The notes under the pieces were generated by a model that did not search any database, was not told the DNA's origin, and saw nothing but the letters and a program-made list of their open reading frames with translations. A program made the position numbers and the translations under genes. A DNA stretch of 64,000 bases from Candidatus Nanohalarchaeota archaeon (GTDB lineage: Archaea; Nanohalarchaeota; Nanosalinia; Nanosalinales; JAFCCC01). The DNA lies in contig JAFCCC010000003.1 in NCBI GenBank assembly GCA_017610385.1, forward strand, positions 9,170 to 73,169, read 5' to 3'. This document shows positions 60,263-64,000 of the stretch, piece after piece (position 1 is the first letter of the stretch; every line of letters begins with the position of its first letter).

Positions 60263-61920
60263 AAAAAGAACTTAGTCCAAAAAAACAAATGCTTGAAGCA
60301 TTTAAAGAACGCGCAATGAATTTGGGCCTCTTTGAAGAATTTAAATCATTTCATTTGGGAAATCGTAGAAGAGAAGATTTATTATCTACAATCGAAAATG
60401 AAGAACTCAAGTCAAAGTTTGCAGAACTTCTTGATGATGCGAAAAAACAAGGTTTATATGTGAATATAGAAGAAAAAGCAGAAGAGGATTGGAATCGTAA
60501 AAAAACTAAAGTGCATGAAATTACACAAACTATTCTTGAAAATGCAGAATTATTTCATGATCAAAATGGGGATGCGTACATTAGAGTAGAAATTAATAAT
60601 CATAAAACTTCATTTCCTCTAAGAAGCAATAAATTTATGAATTGGGTTTCAAAATTTTTCTGGGATAATAAAAATGAAACTCTTAGTGGAGAACAAACCA
60701 AGATAGCAATAAACATTCTAGAAGCTCATGCAATTTTTGACGGAGAACAAAAAGAGCTCTATAACCGTGTAGCAGAATTTAATGGGGTTTTTTGGTATGA
60801 TTTAAATGATAAAACTGGGCGTGCTGTAAAACTAACAGAGATGGGGTGGGAAATAATTGAAAATCCTCCAATTCTTTTTTACAGGTATTCTCATCAAAAA
60901 GCACAAGTTGAACCATTACGAAGCGGGTCTGTACATGATTTATTTGACTTTTTACACATTGAAGACGAAAAATATAAGCCACTTGTGCTAGCTACGTTAA
61001 TAAGTACATTAAATCCGAGCATACCACATCCCATTTTGTTGGTTTTTGGCCCTCAGGGAAGTGCTAAAACAACATTTCTTAAATTGTTAAAGTCTCTTAT
61101 TGATCCTAGTGCTTTGGAAATCCTTTCTTTCCCTAAGGATCAATCCGGATTAATTCAACAACTGGCGCATCATTGGCTTACTTATTTTGACAACATAACC
61201 CGTTTAAATCAACAACAAAGTGATACGCTATGTAGAACCGTTACTGGAGAAGGGTTCACCAAAAGAAAGCTTTATACCGATGATGAAGATAAAATTTATC
61301 ATTTTAGAAGATGTATTGGACTCAATGGAATTAATGTGGCCACACAAAAACCAGATTTCCTAGACCGAAGCATTCTAATTGAGTTGAAAAGACTTCCAAA
61401 AAACAAAAGAAAAAAGGAACAAGAATTGATGGAATATTTTAATTCAAAAAAGCCTTATTTATTGGGTGCAATTTTTGATGTATTCTGCAAGGCTATGCAA
61501 ATCCGCAAAGAAATAAGTATAACGGAATTGCCTAGAATGGCTGATTTTGCAGAATGGGGTGAAGCCATTTCGATTGCGGCAGGTTATAACAAAAACGAAT
61601 TCATAAATAACTATTTTGAAAATATAGATTCGCAAAACTTGGAATCTTTAGAAAATTCTTTGGTGGGGCAAGTTCTACTAGAATTTTTGTCCGATGGAAG
61701 AGAATGGATTGGTACTGCAACTGAGTTGTTAAATGAACTACAAGATCAGGCTGACAATATGAAAGTCAATTCCAAAGCAAAGAATTGGCCAAAAACACCC
61801 CAAAATTTAGTTCGTCAGTTAAATGAGTTAGAAGTGAATCTAAAAGATCTGGGGATTGTTTTTGAAAAGACTAGAACAGGAAATAAAAGAATAATTACTC
61901 TCTGTTACCCCGAAGTGTAG
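60259..61920 (+). CDS. Primase-associated-type P-loop ATPase/helicase (replication protein)
   Basis: GPQGSAKTT Walker A, YFDN Walker B, RKLYTD, LNGI, DFLDRS, PRMADF, C-terminal wHTH-like region; no primase domain seen. Confidence 0.8.
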   Translation: MKKELSPKKQMLEAFKERAMNLGLFEEFKSFHLGNRRREDLLSTIENEELKSKFAELLDDAKKQGLYVNIEEKAEEDWNRKKTKVHEITQTILENAELFHDQNGDAYIRVEINNHKTSFPLRSNKFMNWVSKFFWDNKNETLSGEQTKIAINILEAHAIFDGEQKELYNRVAEFNGVFWYDLNDKTGRAVKLTEMGWEIIENPPILFYRYSHQKAQVEPLRSGSVHDLFDFLHIEDEKYKPLVLATLISTLNPSIPHPILLVFGPQGSAKTTFLKLLKSLIDPSALEILSFPKDQSGLIQQLAHHWLTYFDNITRLNQQQSDTLCRTVTGEGFTKRKLYTDDEDKIYHFRRCIGLNGINVATQKPDFLDRSILIELKRLPKNKRKKEQELMEYFNSKKPYLLGAIFDVFCKAMQIRKEISITELPRMADFAEWGEAISIAAGYNKNEFINNYFENIDSQNLESLENSLVGQVLLEFLSDGREWIGTATELLNELQDQADNMKVNSKAKNWPKTPQNLVRQLNELEVNLKDLGIVFEKTRTGNKRIITLCYPEV

Positions 61921-61928
61921 ACCATATT

Positions 61929-61991
61929 GTCATTGCTGTCATAGGCGTCATTTGTATTAAGAGAAATTATCAAGGATGACGATAATGACGC
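61929..61991. repeat. Inverted iteron array, candidate replication origin
   Basis: GTCAT x3 at 9-bp period, AT-rich spacer, ATGAC x2 at 9-bp period. Confidence 0.65.
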
Positions 61992-62100
61992 GGTTCTACC
62001 ATTCTAGAGAATATAAAACCCAAAGAGTTATGTAATTAATATTGAATACGTACGTAAAATCATGAAAAAGTATTTATTATTTCAATACTATTAATAAATT

Positions 62101-62543
62101 ATGAAATGCCATAATCATCCAAAAAAGGAAGCTATTGGAACTTGTGTTTCTTGTGGCAAAGCTATTTGTGAAGATTGTGCTACCGAAATAAAAGGTAAAC
62201 TCTATTGCAAAACCTGTATCGCAGAAAAATTAAAAACTACTGAAAAAAATTAAAAAAAGTAAATACCTCTGAAAAAGTAACTGATCCCTCCAAAAGTGCT
62301 GGTATAGCCTCTGTTTTATCTTTCTTCATTTCAGGATTAGGTCACATTTACTGTGGCAAGATTATGCAAGGACTTAGTATATTATTTGTTTTTTGGATTG
62401 CGGTGTTTTTGGGTGTAGGTGCTAATGAAAACTGTTCATACTATGGTGGTTCTTCATGTGTTTTCAGTACTTTTTTGTGGCTGGGGTCACTAATAATTTG
62501 GATTATAGCTCTTTGTGGAGCACGTCGTGCCGCAAACAGATAA
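62101..62543 (+). pseudogene. B-box zinc finger plus TM2-like membrane protein, frameshifted at an A7 run
   Basis: MKCHNHP..CVSCGKAICEDC..YCKTC stops at 62253; the -1 frame continues KSAGIASVLSFFISGLGHIYCG..RRAANR*. Confidence 0.75.
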
Positions 62544-62754
62544 TTCTACCTTTTTATATATTTAATATGAGTTCCGAATACTCGGACTTTGTCAAAATAA
62601 TAAAAATACAAGTAAAAGCAGATGCGGACTGTATTGCTTTCTAGAAAAGCTTCTTGGAAAGTTTGGAAGCTAAATGCAGTCATCTACAAGTCTAAACGAG
62701 AAAATAGTCCATAATCCGTTCTGGACACATCCTTAATTTGGAGGGAGTGTTAGT

Positions 62755-63270
62755 TCAGTCATTGGGCTTAGAGTCTAATTCAAATAAGTGAAATCTTGTA
62801 CCTTCCTTTTCCCATCCAATTTTCTTTCCTGTTTCTTTGTCTTCAAACCATCCACCCGTAACTCTGACTTTTATAGGAACATTTTGAAGAAAATATCTTG
62901 CATTCGAAATCGCTTCTTTGATGTCTGCTATAGCCTCTTCAAATGCGTGATGTGTCGAATAATAGGTTAAGTCATGTACCAAAAGATTGCGAATTTCGAT
63001 TAGTAATTTTATTTTTTTGAGATATTTATTTGCAATAATCTTTGAGTCTTTGCAAAAGTCTCTCTTGCGCCCTAGAGTCCATTTGGATAACTTTAATGCA
63101 TTCTGTATTGATCCATCTTGAATTTTTTCAGCAATACTGCGAAAGAGTACTCTTTCTACTAACAGAGAAGTAAATACTATTGCGTGAATATACTCTTCTT
63201 TTTCTAGAAGATCTTTTATGTAATCCGAATCCAAGTAACGGTCTCTTATGAACTCTTTGGTGTCCGGCAT
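62755..63270 (-). CDS. HEPN-like protein
   Basis: Helical protein with an N-terminal LLVE and an RNLLVH (Rx4H) motif. Confidence 0.55.
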   Translation of the reverse strand: MPDTKEFIRDRYLDSDYIKDLLEKEEYIHAIVFTSLLVERVLFRSIAEKIQDGSIQNALKLSKWTLGRKRDFCKDSKIIANKYLKKIKLLIEIRNLLVHDLTYYSTHHAFEEAIADIKEAISNARYFLQNVPIKVRVTGGWFEDKETGKKIGWEKEGTRFHLFELDSKPND

Positions 63271-63493
63271 AATTTTAGGTTAGTAACGCAATTTTAAATG
63301 CGTTTTATATTGTATCTCTATTGTATCTTTTGGAAGTCTTACACTTATCCTAATGCTTCCAAATTGGGAAATTTACGAAGAATGAATTTGTTTTCGGGTG
63401 CCGTGTAAATACCTCTTTGAAGTACTAAATGATTTTTGAGTTAAGAATGACTCTGGCCCATAACTTTTTATCTTTTCGTGACCAAGTAATATT

Positions 63494-64000
63494 ATGATTA
63501 CACTAATGCTCATATCAATTATTAACATTTTTCTGGGAGTAATGTGTTTAGGCCTGAGCGCAGCCATAGTGTGGGGTGTATGGGAATTGCATAAAGATCA
63601 ATCAAATACATATTCTGCACATAACACATATATTTAGAATTTTTTCCACATAACTTTAATCAGGTATTCATTGAAGCTCCAAAGCAATACATCTCACATA
63701 AGTAGTAATTATTAACAGAAATTAAAAGAAAAAACTAATGAATTTTACTTTCCATTAAGCATTTATGATTTGAAAGCTGTTTTTAAATTATGTTGCATGA
63801 AAAAATACTTAAGAAGTATTCGGAGGGAATTGATGATTTTTTAGGTATTCATAACTGCATAAAAATCGCAAACAATATCCCTAAATTTAAAAAGTGGTTA
63901 AATTTAAAATATGCCGGAACAACCTATTCAGACTACTTTGAGGGGCATAAATTATTTATAGAGTCTTTATTGCGCACTTTGTTGAGAATTGTTAGCTATA
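63494..64000 (+). pseudogene. Possible degraded gene (N-terminal TM fragment; open frame 63790 to window end)
   Basis: MITLMLISIINIFLGVMCLGLSAAIVWGVW..* followed by broken frames and an ORF running off the window. Confidence 0.3.

Larger units (their letters stand above)
57555..64000. mobile_element. Integrated element (satellite/plasmid-like); right end lies outside the window
   Basis: Integrase, RHH protein, helicase-like ATPase, iteron-like repeats, non-core cargo, candidate tRNA 3' fragment at the left edge. Confidence 0.8.

Overview
AT-rich archaeal chromosome segment. The gene content and compact layout suggest a DPANN-type lineage, which is an inference. Most of the window (1-57.5 kb) is core genome: RFC small and large subunits, a type IV pilus locus with six class III signal-peptide proteins, thermosome, HerA, ProRS/AsnRS/HisRS, proteasome beta, aCPSF1, sepF, the exosome-L37ae-rpoP-pcc1-prefoldin cluster, DNA ligase, CCA-adding enzyme, aIF5A, ftsZ, two OBG-family NTPases and endonuclease III. 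It also holds four tRNAs: Thr-GGT and the rare Ile-TAT (each with two introns), Ala-GGC and Pro-TGG. From about 57.55 kb to the window end lies an integrated element laid out like a phage satellite: a candidate tRNA 3' att fragment, integrase, divergent regulator with a palindromic operator, RHH protein, helicase-like ATPase, iteron-like origin and decaying cargo. The strongest unexplained signal is non-coding. The ~265-nt region upstream of ftsZ folds into a branched RNA with three hairpins that share the loop UUGGCG on stems of different sequence, and ftsZ is also followed by a three-hairpin 3' element. A family of modular palindromic repeats occurs next to tRNAs and between rrp4 and lig. 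All calls come from manual motif reading; no database searches or folding programs were run.
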